Assembly: GCA_963850385.1 (NCBI GenBank) | Contig: CAWKKS010000001.1 | Span: 435,001 to 499,000, forward strand | Origin: Candidatus Dormiibacterota bacterium | GTDB taxonomy: Bacteria; Chloroflexota; Dormibacteria; Aeolococcales; Aeolococcaceae | Direction: 5' to 3' | Length of the DNA: 64,000 nucleotides | In this document: one piece after another, positions 9,373 to 20,402 of the stretch | Layout: each line of letters opens with the position of its first letter | Numbering within the stretch: the stretch's first letter is position 1 | Made by a program: the position numbers and the translations under genes | The notes under the pieces: model-generated | The model's database searches: none | The model's input: only the letters and a program-made list of their open reading frames with translations | What the model was told of the DNA's origin: nothing

Positions 9373-11700
9373 ATGAGCGTGGCGACCGCGTCGATCAACG
9401 CCCGGCCGATGCAGGTGCACCGGTCGATCACTCCCATCCTGGTCGGCACCCTGGTGCTGACCACCGGCTGGTCGGTGCTCGCAGGGGGCTGGACGGATGG
9501 GTCGACCGCCATTCTGCTGGTGGGTGTGGCCGGTACGCTCGAGGGGCTGCTGCTGGCGCGCTGGCGGACGCCGCGCCCGCTGCTGGTCGCCGCGGCACCG
9601 ATCCTGCTGCTCCTCAGCCTGCTGCCCACCAACGCGGCATCGCGGCCGATCGGCACCGGCACGGGCCTGGTCCACGCGCTCGGCCAGTACGCGGGCGCCG
9701 CGGCCACGGGCCTGCTCGGCAACGCCCGCTGGGAGTTCAACGTCGGGCTTGGGGCGCTTCTGTGGCTGTGTGGGGCCTGGGCAGCCTGGTTTGCCGTCCG
9801 CGAGAAGCGCGGCTCGATCGCCACCGGGCCCTGCTGGGCGGTCATTGCCGTCAACGTCATCAACGCGCCGTCCACCACTGGCCTCACCGTCCCGGCGGCA
9901 CTGGCTGCCGCCACCGCGCTGATGCTCGTCGCCGCGGTCAACCTGGAGCGGCTCAACGACAGCTGGCGGCAGCGCCGGGTGAGCGTCCTGCCCGGCACAG
10001 GCGGCCGCTTCGCCACCGCAGCCCTCTTCGGCGCCGCGCTGGTTGTCGTCCTGGCGCTGGTCATCCCACCGCTCAGCAGCACCGACATCTCCGGCCGGCT
10101 CTTCGGCGGCGGCGTCGATGCCGGGGCCGGCAAGGGGAGCCACCACGGCGGAGGCGCGAGCGGTGGTGGCGCGACAGTGCATTTCAACACTGCGACCATC
10201 CCCGGCGGGGCGCTGTCGCTCTCGGACAGCCCGGTCCTCACCTACACGTCCAGCCTGTCCAGCGGGGCGTACCTGCGCATGGAGACCGACAGCGTGTTCG
10301 CCGCCGGCAACTTCCTGCCCGCGCAGAGTGCCAACGACAACGGCGACGACACCGAGGTGATCGTCGACACGCCGGGGCTCATCCCGCGCGATCGCGACAT
10401 CGCCGACGGCGGGGTTGGGGCGCAGCGTGCGCGCGTGTCGCTGACCATCAGCATGATCGACGACACCTCCGACACCAACACGCTGCCGTTCGCCGGCGAG
10501 CCCGACGCGACCGGCGTGCCGTCGCGGGTCGATGGCCTCAGCGGCTCGGAGGTCAATGGACAGCTGCTCACCGTCGACAGCGTGCAGGCACTGCGCCAGG
10601 TGATCGGCACCACGTTCACGACGACGGCGACGGAGTCCACGGCGTCGGCAGACCAGCTTCGCCGAGCGGGCACGTCCTACCCCGCCCTGATCACCCGCGA
10701 CTTCCTCGGCCTCGCTAACGACGGCACCCACGGAGCAGCCGCGATCCGCGCGGTGGCGCTGCAGTGGACCCGCGGCGTCACCAACCCCTACGACGCCGCC
10801 ACCACGATCGAGGCGACTCTTCGCAACCCGCGGCTGTTCCGCTACACGCTGTCGCCGCCGCCGCTTCCACCGGTCACCCAGACCTGGCCTGTGACCTACT
10901 TCCTGACGGTCACCCACGCGGGCTACTGCCAGTACTACGCCGCCGCCATGGGCGCCATGCTGCGAGCCGTCGGCATCCCGTCGCGTCTGGTCAACGGCTA
11001 CGGCCCGGGCACCGCACCCAATGCGGCGGCGCGGCGGGTCGCCTCGGAGAGCCGCTGGACAGTCTCAAGCAACGACGCCCACACCTGGGTGGAGGCGTAC
11101 TTCCCGCGCTACGGCTGGATCCCGTTCGAGCCCACCCCTCCCTCGCAGGCCGGCGACTACCAGCCCTTCGGACGCGGCAGCCTGGGCGCGGTCGGAACGA
11201 CCGGCACCGGGCCGACCCCGCCGGCGACCTCCCCGTCGCAGACGGCGCGGTCGAGCGCCCCGGCGGTCAACGGCGCGGGCACCTCCGCACCCGGGCGTGG
11301 GCGCAGCGTGCTGGTCGGTTTGGGTGGTGGCCTGCTCGCTCTCCTCGCGGTGACCGGGATGTTCGCGGCATGGTTCCTCGGGCCTCGCAACGTCCGCGGG
11401 GTGTGGCGTCGCGTCGGGCTGGTGGGCCGCTGGCTCGGCGTGCCCCGTGACCGGACCCTGACCTTCGACGAGTACACCGAGCGGATCGTGGCCGCGGTCC
11501 CCGGCGACGGGACGGTCCCCTGGCGGGTGCGGTTCGCCGCCGGCCTGGCTGACATCGCCGCCATCAGCGATCGGACGTTCTACTCACCGGCGGGAGGGCA
11601 CCCAGACGACGCTGGTCTGAAGCGCGCGTGGCGGCGGGTCGCGCTACTGGTGCCCCGGCTGAGCCGCGGCGGAGGTGCGCCCCGGGCCGCCGCCCCCTGA
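9373..11700 (+). CDS. transglutaminase-domain membrane protein (DUF3488/DUF4129 type)
   Basis: Multi-TM N-terminus; Cys-His-Asp core 'YCQYYAAAMGAMLRAVGIPSRLVNGY…DAHTWVEAYFPRYGWIPFEPT'. Confidence 0.8.
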   Translation: MSVATASINARPMQVHRSITPILVGTLVLTTGWSVLAGGWTDGSTAILLVGVAGTLEGLLLARWRTPRPLLVAAAPILLLLSLLPTNAASRPIGTGTGLVHALGQYAGAAATGLLGNARWEFNVGLGALLWLCGAWAAWFAVREKRGSIATGPCWAVIAVNVINAPSTTGLTVPAALAAATALMLVAAVNLERLNDSWRQRRVSVLPGTGGRFATAALFGAALVVVLALVIPPLSSTDISGRLFGGGVDAGAGKGSHHGGGASGGGATVHFNTATIPGGALSLSDSPVLTYTSSLSSGAYLRMETDSVFAAGNFLPAQSANDNGDDTEVIVDTPGLIPRDRDIADGGVGAQRARVSLTISMIDDTSDTNTLPFAGEPDATGVPSRVDGLSGSEVNGQLLTVDSVQALRQVIGTTFTTTATESTASADQLRRAGTSYPALITRDFLGLANDGTHGAAAIRAVALQWTRGVTNPYDAATTIEATLRNPRLFRYTLSPPPLPPVTQTWPVTYFLTVTHAGYCQYYAAAMGAMLRAVGIPSRLVNGYGPGTAPNAAARRVASESRWTVSSNDAHTWVEAYFPRYGWIPFEPTPPSQAGDYQPFGRGSLGAVGTTGTGPTPPATSPSQTARSSAPAVNGAGTSAPGRGRSVLVGLGGGLLALLAVTGMFAAWFLGPRNVRGVWRRVGLVGRWLGVPRDRTLTFDEYTERIVAAVPGDGTVPWRVRFAAGLADIAAISDRTFYSPAGGHPDDAGLKRAWRRVALLVPRLSRGGGAPRAAAP

Positions 11701-12465
11701 CGCCGCCCGCTCCGGTGGCGGGCTGATGTCGAGGGACAGCAGGTCGTGCGCGAGCATGGCGCCCGCGACCGGGCCGCGCCGGCGCAGGTGGCTGAGCAGG
11801 AAACGCGTCCCCGGGTACTCGGCGATCAGCCGCTCCAGCTCGCCGCGCCAGAGATGACCACCATCGATTGGGCCGTCCCAGCCGGTGCACTCGCACACCA
11901 TCAGGTCCGCTGATGCGATGGCGCGCCGCAGACCCGCACAGAGCGAGCTGTCACCGCTGAACCCGATGACCGCCCCCCTGGCTCGCTGCACCGTGTAGCT
12001 GAGCGACGGTCCCGTGCTGTGCATCACCGCGTGGGCTCGCAGGGTGTACCCCTGGACCGCCGCCGTCGCACCATCCTGCAGCACCAGCCAGTTGAGCTGA
12101 AGACGGTCCTCGATGATCTCGACAAGGTGGCGCCCGTAGCCGGTGAGCAGGAGTTGCAGGACGTACTCCCGCGTGCCGGGGGGACCGCCGATGACCAGCC
12201 CCGGCCGGGGCTGGTCGATGAACGCGCGCGCTCCCAGCAACATCGGCAGCATGTAGGTGTGGTCGGCGTGGAAGTGGGTGAGCAGCACAACGTCGATGTC
12301 GGTCACCGCCATGCCGGCGCGCGGCAGCAGGGCGTGGACCGGCGCGCCGCAGTCGACGAGCACGCGGCGGTCGACAAGGTAGGCCGAGTTGCAGCCGCAG
12401 CCGCTGAACGCGTCGCCACTGCCGACCACGGTGAGCCGGGTCGGGGCGGGTTCGATGTCAGCCAC
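11644..12465 (-). CDS. MBL-fold metallo-hydrolase
   Basis: 'VVLLTHFHADH' HxHxDH motif. GTG start at 12465 chosen to avoid the Arg-rich N-terminal extension. Confidence 0.7.
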   Translation of the reverse strand: MADIEPAPTRLTVVGSGDAFSGCGCNSAYLVDRRVLVDCGAPVHALLPRAGMAVTDIDVVLLTHFHADHTYMLPMLLGARAFIDQPRPGLVIGGPPGTREYVLQLLLTGYGRHLVEIIEDRLQLNWLVLQDGATAAVQGYTLRAHAVMHSTGPSLSYTVQRARGAVIGFSGDSSLCAGLRRAIASADLMVCECTGWDGPIDGGHLWRGELERLIAEYPGTRFLLSHLRRRGPVAGAMLAHDLLSLDISPPPERAASGGGGPGRTSAAAQPGHQ

Positions 12466-13483
12466 GCGGCGACGGCCTCGGTGCCGGCGCGGGCGTGGGC
12501 AGCGTCGAGGGCAGGCCCTCCTGGCCGAACCCCCAGTCGAGCAGGTGACGCGACTGGCTGTAGCTGTAGGGCGCGTCGAGCAACACCGAGACCAGGCGGT
12601 GGTCGCCACGCACTGCCATGGCAACCTCGCAGTACCCGGCGTTCCCCGTCCAGCCGGGCTTGATGCCGACCGCGGGAGCGTACATGCCGAGCAGCTGGTT
12701 GATCGACTGCAGCACGAACTCGGGATGTCCGCGGGTCGCGGCGAGATCGGCTGTCCTCAGGCCCACGATCTGCGCGAACAGCGGAAACGCGCGCACGGTC
12801 GCGGTGGCGATCGCCGCCAGGTCGTACGCCGACGAGTATTCCCACTGGTCGTCGAGGCCGACGGGGCCGGTGAAGTGGGAGTCGTTCAGGCCGAGTGCGG
12901 TCACCTGTGCGTTCATCGCCCCGACGAATCGCTCCGTCCCGACCGTGTCGCGGGCGAGCGCACCGGCGGCGTCATTGCCGCTGACCAGCAGCATCCCGGT
13001 CAACAGCTCGGCGACGGTGAGGGTCTGGCCGGCGGCGAGGCCCATGCGGCTCTCGTCCCAGCCCAGGCGCACCACGTCGGAGGTGACCGTGACGGCGGCC
13101 GAGGGGGCGAGGTTCTCCAGCGCCACGAGGGCGGTGAGGACCTTCGCGGTGCTCGCCGGAGGCAGCTGCGCGTGCGCGTCCTGCTCCCAGAGGATCACGT
13201 TCGAATCGATGTCCACGAGGATGCCGCCGCGCGCGCGGACGGCGGGCGGGGTGAGCGGCGCCGCCGCCGCGACGAAGCGCACCGGCGTGCGCAGCACCTT
13301 CATCCGATACCAGGGCGCGCGCGCCAGGTCGGCGCCGGTGATCGCGGCGTCGTGGGCACGGGCGGTGGTGGTGGGGCCGGCGCGACCGCTGATCAGCGCG
13401 AGCGTGCTGATCGTCGCCAGCATGACGAGGATCGCGAGCGTTCTTGGGCGGCGAAGCACGGACGGCATCGAGACCAGTCGCAT
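12458..13483 (-). CDS. D-alanyl-D-alanine carboxypeptidase (peptidase S11)
   Basis: Signal peptide; SxxK 'ASTAKVL', SxN 'SGND', KTG-like 'KPGWTG'. Confidence 0.75.
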   Translation of the reverse strand: MRLVSMPSVLRRPRTLAILVMLATISTLALISGRAGPTTTARAHDAAITGADLARAPWYRMKVLRTPVRFVAAAAPLTPPAVRARGGILVDIDSNVILWEQDAHAQLPPASTAKVLTALVALENLAPSAAVTVTSDVVRLGWDESRMGLAAGQTLTVAELLTGMLLVSGNDAAGALARDTVGTERFVGAMNAQVTALGLNDSHFTGPVGLDDQWEYSSAYDLAAIATATVRAFPLFAQIVGLRTADLAATRGHPEFVLQSINQLLGMYAPAVGIKPGWTGNAGYCEVAMAVRGDHRLVSVLLDAPYSYSQSRHLLDWGFGQEGLPSTLPTPAPAPRPSPRG

Positions 13484-13569
13484 GGTACGCCAGGACAGTC
13501 GATCCCACGGTGGCGATCGCCGCCGCCGGAGGCCGATTTGCATGGCGGCCGCCGGGGTATCACATCAGC

Positions 13570-16191
13570 ATGCGACTTGACCGATTCACCGAGCGCTCCC
13601 AGGAATCCCTGCAGGCGGCCCAGCAGGCTGCCTCGGCGATGCAGCACGCGCGGGTCGAGCCCGAGCACCTGCTGCTCGCGCTTCTGCGCCAGGACGACGG
13701 ACTGGTCCCAGCCCTGCTGCAGCGCCTCGAGGTACCTCCTCACCCGCTGGCGGCGAGGCTGGAGAGCGAGCTTGACGCGCGCCCGAAACAGTTCGGAGGT
13801 GGCGAGCCGGCGGTCGGTGACGCGCTCCGCGAGGTCCTCATGGCGGCCTTCGACGAGATGTCGCGGCTCAAGGACGAGTACGTGTCGACGGAGCACCTGC
13901 TGCTCGGCCTGACGGGCCGTAAGGGTGGCGAGGCACACCGGCTGTTGAGCGGTGCCGGCGTCACTCCCGACCGGGTCTACGCGACCCTGGCGGCTGTGAG
14001 GGGCTCGCAGCGGGTAACCGATCCCAACCCCGAGGACAAGTACGACGCCCTCGGCAAGTACGGCCGCGACCTCACCGACGCGGCGCGCGCCGGCCGGCTC
14101 GACCCCGTCATCGGCCGTGACGATGAGATCCGCCGTGTCATCCAGGTGCTGAGCCGCCGTACCAAGAACAACCCGGTGCTCATCGGCGAGCCCGGCGTCG
14201 GCAAGACGGCCATCGCCGAGGGCCTGGCCCAGCGCATCGCCGCCGGCGATGTACCGGAGGGCCTGCGTGACCGTCGCGTGGTGGCGCTCGACCTCGGCGC
14301 GATGGTCGCCGGGGCGAAGTACCGCGGCGAGTTCGAGGACAGGCTCAAGGCGGTTCTCGCCGAGGTCACAGGATCTGACGGCCGGGTCATCCTGTTCATC
14401 GACGAGCTGCACACGCTGGTCGGCACGGGTGCCGCCGAAGGTGCCATGGACGCGGGCAACATGCTCAAGCCCGCACTGGCCCGCGGTGAGCTGCGTTGCA
14501 TCGGCGCCACCACGCTCGATGAGTACCGCAAGCACATCGAGAAGGACGCGGCCCTCGAGCGGCGGTTCCAACCCATCGTCGTCGATCAGCCGAGCGTGGA
14601 GGACACTGTCAGCATCCTGCGTGGGCTCAAGGAGCGCTACGAGGTCCACCACGGCGTGCGCATCAAGGACGCGGCCATCGTCGCCGCCGCGGTGCTCTCG
14701 GACCGCTATATCACCGACCGTTTCCTACCCGACAAGGCGATCGACCTCGTCGACGAAGCGGCCTCCAAACTGCGCATCGAGATCGACTCGATGCCGACCG
14801 AGCTCGACACCGTGGAACGCGACGTGCGCCAACTCGAGATCGAGCGCGAGGCCCTGCGCCGGGAGACCGATGCCGGCTCACGCGAACGGCTCGCCGCACT
14901 CGAACGCGAGCTCGCCAACCTCCAGGAGCGCGCCACGCAGATGCGCGAACGCTGGCAGCAGGAGAAGGGTGCCATCGGTGCCATCCGCGACATCAAGAGG
15001 CGCGCGGAGGAGCTGCGCCACGACGCCGAGCGCGCCGAGCTGGCCGCGGACTTCGGCCGCGCGGCGGAGCTTCGCTACGGCACCCTCGCCGAGCTGGAGC
15101 GCGGCCTGCAGGCCGAGCAGGAGCGGCTCACCGAGCTGCAGGGCACCGTCCCGCTCCTCAAGGAGGAGGTCGACGAGGACGACATCGCCGCCGTCGTCGC
15201 CCGGTGGACCGGCATCCCCGTCAGCCGGATGCTCGAGGGCGAGACCCAGAAGCTCCTGCACATCGAGGAACGGCTCCACGAGCGCGTGGTCGGGCAGGAT
15301 GACGCCGTCGCCGCCGTCGCCGCCGCGGTGCGGCGCGGACGCGCTGGGCTGAGCGATCCCAGCCGTCCCATCGGGTCATTCATCTTCCTTGGGCCCACGG
15401 GTGTCGGCAAGACGGAGCTCGCGCGTGCGCTGGCAACGTTCCTGTTCGACAGCGAGCAGGCGATGGTGCGCATCGACATGTCGGAGTACATGGAGCGGCA
15501 TTCGGTGTCGCGGCTGGTGGGGGCGCCGCCCGGGTACGTCGGCTACGACGAGGGCGGCCAGCTCACCGAGGCGGTGCGTCGCCGGCCGTACAGCGTGCTG
15601 CTCCTCGACGAGATCGAGAAGGCGCACCAGGATGTCTTCAACATCCTTCTCCAGCTTCTCGACGACGGCCGGCTCACCGACGGACAGGGACGCACCGTCG
15701 ACTTCAGGAACACGGTGGTCATCATGACCAGCAACATCGGCTCGCACCTGATTGCAGAGATGCCCCCCGAGGCAGACGGCGCCCAGCACGACAGGGTGCG
15801 TGAACAAGCCCTCGCCGAGCTGCGCCAGCACTTCCGGCCGGAGTTCCTCAACCGCGTCGACGACGTGATCGTCTTCTCCCGGCTGAGCCGCGCGCAGCTG
15901 CGTCACATTGTCGAGATCCAGCTGCAGAACCTGCGCGCGCGCCTGGCCAGCCGCGCGATCACCATCGAGATCAGCTCTCCGGCGCTCGACCTCCTCGTCG
16001 ACGAGGGTCATGACCCGACCTACGGCGCACGTCCCCTGAAGCGTGTCATCCAGCGCCGGCTGCAGGACCCGCTGGCCATGGCCATCCTGGAAGGGCGGCT
16101 GCGGGATGGCGACACCGCACACGTCGATGCGCGGGGTGGCGAGCTGGTGGTCGAGACGCCAGCACCGAGCGAGGTCGCAACGGTCAGCTGA
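13570..16191 (+). CDS. clpB: ATP-dependent chaperone ClpB
   Basis: '[18 protein letters not shown]…', two AAA modules ([16 protein letters not shown]), coiled-coil middle domain; 873 aa. Confidence 0.9.
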   Translation: MRLDRFTERSQESLQAAQQAASAMQHARVEPEHLLLALLRQDDGLVPALLQRLEVPPHPLAARLESELDARPKQFGGGEPAVGDALREVLMAAFDEMSRLKDEYVSTEHLLLGLTGRKGGEAHRLLSGAGVTPDRVYATLAAVRGSQRVTDPNPEDKYDALGKYGRDLTDAARAGRLDPVIGRDDEIRRVIQVLSRRTKNNPVLIGEPGVGKTAIAEGLAQRIAAGDVPEGLRDRRVVALDLGAMVAGAKYRGEFEDRLKAVLAEVTGSDGRVILFIDELHTLVGTGAAEGAMDAGNMLKPALARGELRCIGATTLDEYRKHIEKDAALERRFQPIVVDQPSVEDTVSILRGLKERYEVHHGVRIKDAAIVAAAVLSDRYITDRFLPDKAIDLVDEAASKLRIEIDSMPTELDTVERDVRQLEIEREALRRETDAGSRERLAALERELANLQERATQMRERWQQEKGAIGAIRDIKRRAEELRHDAERAELAADFGRAAELRYGTLAELERGLQAEQERLTELQGTVPLLKEEVDEDDIAAVVARWTGIPVSRMLEGETQKLLHIEERLHERVVGQDDAVAAVAAAVRRGRAGLSDPSRPIGSFIFLGPTGVGKTELARALATFLFDSEQAMVRIDMSEYMERHSVSRLVGAPPGYVGYDEGGQLTEAVRRRPYSVLLLDEIEKAHQDVFNILLQLLDDGRLTDGQGRTVDFRNTVVIMTSNIGSHLIAEMPPEADGAQHDRVREQALAELRQHFRPEFLNRVDDVIVFSRLSRAQLRHIVEIQLQNLRARLASRAITIEISSPALDLLVDEGHDPTYGARPLKRVIQRRLQDPLAMAILEGRLRDGDTAHVDARGGELVVETPAPSEVATVS

Positions 16192-16228
16192 GCTGTCCGC
16201 CCTGCGTGAGCGGCTACCCTTGGGCCCC

Positions 16229-16786
16229 ATGCCCGCCGTGTCGCTGCGCACCGCCGCCGGCCTGGTTGCCCTCGGTGCCTACATCGCGGTCATCTTCGCG
16301 GCCAACTGGGCAGTGCAGCGGTTCGGTCTCGTACCCGTCGGCTTCGGCCTCCGTGCCCCCGCCGCGGTCTACTTCGTGGGGATCGCCTTCACCCTGCGCG
16401 ACCTCGTGCAGAACATCCTGGGACGCTGGCTGTCCATCGCCGCCGTCGTCGCCGGGGCGCTGGTATCGGCCGGCGTCTCGCCGGCCCTGGCGCTGGCCAG
16501 CGGACTGGCGTTCTTCTCGTCGGAACTTGCCGACTTCCTCGTCTACACGCCGCTGCTGCGCCGGGGCTGGGTGCTCGCGCTCATCCCCGCCAACCTGATC
16601 GGCTGCGTCGTCGACTCGCTGGTCTTCCTGTCCATCGCCTTCGGCTCGCTCTCCCTCCTGGGTGGGCAGGTGCTCGGCAAGGCCTGGATGACAGCGCTCG
16701 CGGTCGTCGTGCTCGCCCCCCTGCGTCGCTGGTACGTGCTCACCCCAGGCAGCCCGGCGCGCAGGCTGCAGGGCGCGCCCGCATGA
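16229..16786 (+). CDS. queuosine precursor transporter (YhhQ/DUF165 family)
   Basis: Multi-TM protein with a '[14 protein letters not shown]' motif; lies immediately upstream of queF. Confidence 0.65.
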   Translation: MPAVSLRTAAGLVALGAYIAVIFAANWAVQRFGLVPVGFGLRAPAAVYFVGIAFTLRDLVQNILGRWLSIAAVVAGALVSAGVSPALALASGLAFFSSELADFLVYTPLLRRGWVLALIPANLIGCVVDSLVFLSIAFGSLSLLGGQVLGKAWMTALAVVVLAPLRRWYVLTPGSPARRLQGAPA

Positions 16787-17214
16787 GCGAGGACCGTCAT
16801 CCGCGCGAGCTGCTGGAGGCGTTCGACAACCGCAGCACGCAGCGCGACTACACCATCCAGTTCACCCTGCCCGAGTTCACCTGCCTCTGTCCGCGCAGCG
16901 GTTTCCCTGACTTCGCGATCATCCACGTTCGGTACGTGCCGGGGCCGCGCTGCGTCGAGCTCAAGTCGCTGAAGATGTACGTCAACGCCTTTCGCAACGT
17001 GGGCGTCTTCCACGAGGACGTGGTCAATGGGATCCTGTCGGACCTCGTCGGCCTCCTCGCGCCGCGCTACTGCGAGGTGGTCGGTGACTTCAACGTACGC
17101 GGCAACATCAAGACCGTGGTCCGCGCCCTCCACCGGGACGCGACGTACAACGCCGAACCAGCCGACTGGTGGGCGCCGCGCGACGAACACGCCGCGCTGA
17201 TGCCCCCCCGGTGA
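16783..17214 (+). CDS. queF: NADPH-dependent 7-cyano-7-deazaguanine reductase
   Basis: '[14 protein letters not shown]…VELKSLKMY' QueF motifs; 143 aa; ATG overlaps the upstream stop. Confidence 0.85.
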   Translation: MSEDRHPRELLEAFDNRSTQRDYTIQFTLPEFTCLCPRSGFPDFAIIHVRYVPGPRCVELKSLKMYVNAFRNVGVFHEDVVNGILSDLVGLLAPRYCEVVGDFNVRGNIKTVVRALHRDATYNAEPADWWAPRDEHAALMPPR

Positions 17215-17220
17215 GGGCGG

Positions 17221-18528
17221 TCAGCGCAGAGTGAGCACCTCACCGCCCTGGGCGAGCGCCAGGGCCAGGGGGTCGCGGCGACGGTCGGGGCGGATGTGAA
17301 GGCGCAGCTCATCGCCGTCCGCGTCGATGGACGCGCCCAGGTGAGCCGCAAGGAACAGGGCGATGCGCGGGTCCACCGCACCGGTTCCGTCGACATGAGG
17401 CAGGGACATGCTCAGTCCGTATGCCCGAGCCACGTCGCCAGCCCTACGGTTCCAGGTGTCTGCGGGAACGCGCTCGAGTGGGACGCCGAGCAGTGACCCG
17501 AGGATCGCGGCGCGGGCCGCGATCCGTGAACGCGCCGGTTCCGGGACCCCCTCCCAGAGGGCGCGCTCATGCGCCAGTCCGTCGAGGAGGTCGCGTGCGC
17601 GGTCGACGACGCCGTCCGGCGGGATGGCCACCCACGTCCCCCGGGCGCACTGCCTCGCGCTCCAGCCATCGACCCGGACCACGGTCCCGGGCCGACTGGA
17701 GGCCGCGTTGACGCACTGGGCCACCCGGCCGGCCGGCACCGTTCGGCCGGGAAGCAGCGATGTCTCCTCGTCCCAGCCACGCGTTGCCTTCACCACCGCT
17801 CCGTCGCGGAGCAGGGCGAGTGGAAGTGCCAGCCTGTCGAGGCCGCACTCCAGGATCGCGCCGCGGGCCTCGCCGTCGCCGTCGACGGGCGGATGGAGCA
17901 CAGCGCCGAGCGAGTCGGCCGCGATGCGAGCGAAGCCGAGGCCCCACCGTGCTCGATCATCACGACGACGTGCGCTGCGACTGCGAGAGCCACCACCCGC
18001 CCGGCGCCATTCGACAGAGAACGCATGGGGCGAGGTCCGCAGGGTGAGGGCGGTCGCGCCGTCATGTCGTTCGGCGTTGCCGGCGACCTGCACCAGCACG
18101 AGCGCGGCCACCGCGGGCGCGAGCAGGGCGAACCGCGCGCCCTCGACGATCGACACCTCCAGGGCGGTGCGCGCGGCGATACCGGCGCACGCGTGCTCGA
18201 GCGCGTCGGTGCTGAGGCCGCACCCCTCTGCGGCCCGTCCGACGACGACACGGAGCGATGTCGAGAGCATGCGCACGCGCAGTGCCTGACGGTGAGCAAC
18301 GGCGCGGGCGGTGTCGTCGAGCTCCTCCAAGAGCGCATCGATGAGGTGACCCCACGCCGGGTCGACTGCGTCACCCGTGTTGACCACCAGGCAGGCACGG
18401 CGCGCGCGGTAGGTGACCGCCCCGGGCTGAGCACCGTCCCACTCGGGCGTCGTCGCGAGCACGGTGTGGCCGTCAAGCAGCGCGGCGGACAGCGGGAGAT
18501 CGGCCACCTCCCCGGTGGCGAGGTTCAC
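17221..18528 (-). CDS. histidine-kinase-like ATPase-domain protein (atypical)
   Basis: N-box-like 'LVQVAGNAERHDG', G2-like 'RWGLGFARIAADSLGAVL'. GTG start overlaps the upstream REC-gene stop (GTGA). ~170-aa C-terminal domain of unknown function. Confidence 0.45.
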   Translation of the reverse strand: MNLATGEVADLPLSAALLDGHTVLATTPEWDGAQPGAVTYRARRACLVVNTGDAVDPAWGHLIDALLEELDDTARAVAHRQALRVRMLSTSLRVVVGRAAEGCGLSTDALEHACAGIAARTALEVSIVEGARFALLAPAVAALVLVQVAGNAERHDGATALTLRTSPHAFSVEWRRAGGGSRSRSARRRDDRARWGLGFARIAADSLGAVLHPPVDGDGEARGAILECGLDRLALPLALLRDGAVVKATRGWDEETSLLPGRTVPAGRVAQCVNAASSRPGTVVRVDGWSARQCARGTWVAIPPDGVVDRARDLLDGLAHERALWEGVPEPARSRIAARAAILGSLLGVPLERVPADTWNRRAGDVARAYGLSMSLPHVDGTGAVDPRIALFLAAHLGASIDADGDELRLHIRPDRRRDPLALALAQGGEVLTLR

Positions 18529-19164
18529 GGACGCAGAGCCAGTCGGTACCGGCGCTTGCCGTGACTGATCACTGCCACGCGCGACTGGCGCGCGTCCAAC
18601 CAATCGCCGAACCGCCGCACCGCCTTGGTTGCCGTGTCGGAGTGGAGGGTCACCATCTCGGGGTAGTGCATCACCAGGCGAACCGCCTCGCGATGGTGAT
18701 GCTCGGCCATGCTCGGCGCGTGCACGACGACGCAACCGTCGGTGATGCGCAGGTCCTCCACCACGGCATCCAGCATTCGCTGCACACGCTCGATCAGCGA
18801 GAGGTCCCCGTCGCGCTTGTCGTGCAGCCAGGCGCGGGGATGCGCGCGGTGGATCTCGCTGCGCACGCGGAACGAGTCGATGTTGGCGGAGTACACGATG
18901 GTCAGGCAGTCGGCCAGGTCGCGGGCGAGCACGCCGAGCACGTCCCCGCTGGTCAGCGTCTGGTCGGGCGCCTTGGAGAGGTCCCAGTCCACCACCGCGA
19001 GCACCGGCCTTGTCGACGCCGCGTTGTTGCGCAGCGCCGCCAGCGCATGTGCCGCGCTCCGTGCGGCCAGCGGGTGGAACCGCTTGCGCGAGAAGTGGAC
19101 GCGAAGCGCGTCCAGGGTCTCGGCGTCGTCCTCGAGGATCAGCACCTCGGCATTCGCACGCATC
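18525..19164 (-). CDS. response-regulator receiver-domain protein with an uncharacterised C-terminal domain
   Basis: 'EVLILEDD…LAVVDWDLS…TIVYSANID' has the acidic-pocket/Asp pattern of a REC domain; no recognisable output domain. Confidence 0.5.
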
Positions 19165-19747
19165 ACGCGGTGGTCACCAGCGAGGCGCCCGCAGAGGCCG
19201 TGCGCGCCAGGCTGAACGCGACGCCATGCGTTCGCAGGGTGGTCCCGACGGCGCGGAAGTGCCGCGCCTCCGCGTAGACGGGATGGGGGTGGCCGCCGAC
19301 CAGCACCTCCAGGGCGTCGTCGGCCGCGTGGCATCCGTCGGGCATCTGCAGCCCGCACCCGGGGGCGAGCCGCATGCCTCCCACGTCGGCGGCGATGGCC
19401 TCCTCCAGTGCCGCGGCGACCTCCGAGTAGCGGAGCAGCGATCGCGCGTGCCGCGGCAGTTGCGCGGGAGCGGTGCCCAGCCACAGCAGGAGCACCGGCC
19501 TGCGAGCGAGGGCGCGCAGCGCCTCGTCGGTGATCTGCCTCACGGTGCCGACGACCATCCACGGGCAGGCGTGCCGATCGCGAATCGCCTCATCGGCCTC
19601 GGACGGCCGGATGTCGAGCACGGTGACGTAGGCACGATCCAGCCGATCGCGGAGGGCGACGGCGAGCTCTGGGTCCTCGGCGATGACCAACACCGAGCGA
19701 CCGAGCCCGCCATGGGTGCGCGCGCCCCCTGCCCGTTGTCCCCCCAT
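19163..19747 (-). CDS. degenerate receiver-like protein
   Basis: 'SVLVIAEDPELAVALRDRL…WMVVGTV' is REC-like, but the phospho-acceptor Asp position is replaced. Confidence 0.4.
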   Translation of the reverse strand: MGGQRAGGARTHGGLGRSVLVIAEDPELAVALRDRLDRAYVTVLDIRPSEADEAIRDRHACPWMVVGTVRQITDEALRALARRPVLLLWLGTAPAQLPRHARSLLRYSEVAAALEEAIAADVGGMRLAPGCGLQMPDGCHAADDALEVLVGGHPHPVYAEARHFRAVGTTLRTHGVAFSLARTASAGASLVTTA

Positions 19748-19796
19748 GACGGTGGATCTTAGGCGGGTGCTCCCGGACGCCCGACGGACAAAGCGG

Positions 19797-20402
19797 TCAC
19801 GTGGCCGAGGTGCCGTCGCCCTCAGCGTCGTCGGCGTCATCGAGGAAGTCGACGATCTCGGTGTCATATGCCTCGCGGGCGGTGTGCAACACGGCCCGCA
19901 CCACCTCCACTGTTTCAGGGGTCCACTCCAGGGCGGCGGCGAGCTCGAGCGTCGTCGGCTCTCGCTCGAGCCGGCGGCGAACCAGCACCTCGGCAGCCTC
20001 GAGGAGCTTCACCTGCTCGACGAGCAGCGCATCCGCGAGCTTCTGCGCCGCCTCGCGCTTGATCACGTCGTCGAGGAAGGTGTCCACCACCCGCGCGACG
20101 TAGCCGCGCAGCGCCGCCGGGGCACCGCCGCGCGCGGCGAACTCCCCCACCGCGACGGTGGCGGCGATGGACCCCTCCTGGTAGAGGTCCATGAGGTCGA
20201 CGCCCTGGCCGCGCCGCGCCAGCACGGCGTCGAGCACCGCGGCGAGGTGCTGCTCGACCAGCCGGCCGGTGGTCAGCTCTGACGGGGCGCTACGCGCCCT
20301 CTCGAGGAGGACGACCAGCTCCGCCTCCGGGAGGGGTCTGACGGACCTGACCTGGGCGGCGATGGCATCCAGCTCGGTGTCGTCAGGGAACCGCGTGGTC
20401 AT
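19797..20402 (-). CDS. sigma-70-family protein (regions 1.2–3) lacking region 4
   Basis: 'RGQGVDLMDLYQEGSIAATVAVGEF' aligns with region 2.2/2.3 (RG..FLDLIQEGN.GL..AV.KF). 'REPTTLELAAALEWTPETVEVV' aligns with region 3.0. 201 aa ending in an acidic tail; no -35-binding region. Confidence 0.55.
   Translation of the reverse strand: MTTRFPDDTELDAIAAQVRSVRPLPEAELVVLLERARSAPSELTTGRLVEQHLAAVLDAVLARRGQGVDLMDLYQEGSIAATVAVGEFAARGGAPAALRGYVARVVDTFLDDVIKREAAQKLADALLVEQVKLLEAAEVLVRRRLEREPTTLELAAALEWTPETVEVVRAVLHTAREAYDTEIVDFLDDADDAEGDGTSAT

Noticed and set aside
8913-10917. 600-aa ORFs on both strands (8913..10718 +, 9055..10917 −) inside the transglutaminase gene
   Set aside because: Arg/Pro/Gly-rich low-complexity translations typical of alternative frames in ~72% GC DNA. 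The transglutaminase frame has real motifs.
13484-13569. HAIR (HspR) or CIRCE operator upstream of clpB
   Set aside because: Neither CTTGAGT-N7-ACTCAAG nor a CIRCE inverted repeat is present in the intergenic sequence.
12389-14652. ORFs 12389..13912 + and 13393..14652 −
   Set aside because: Antisense to the DacB-like and ClpB genes and compositionally nonsense.
17221-18735. 504-aa version of the HK-like ORF
   Set aside because: It would overlap the upstream receiver gene by 210 nt. The GTG at 18528 forms a GTGA stop-start junction.
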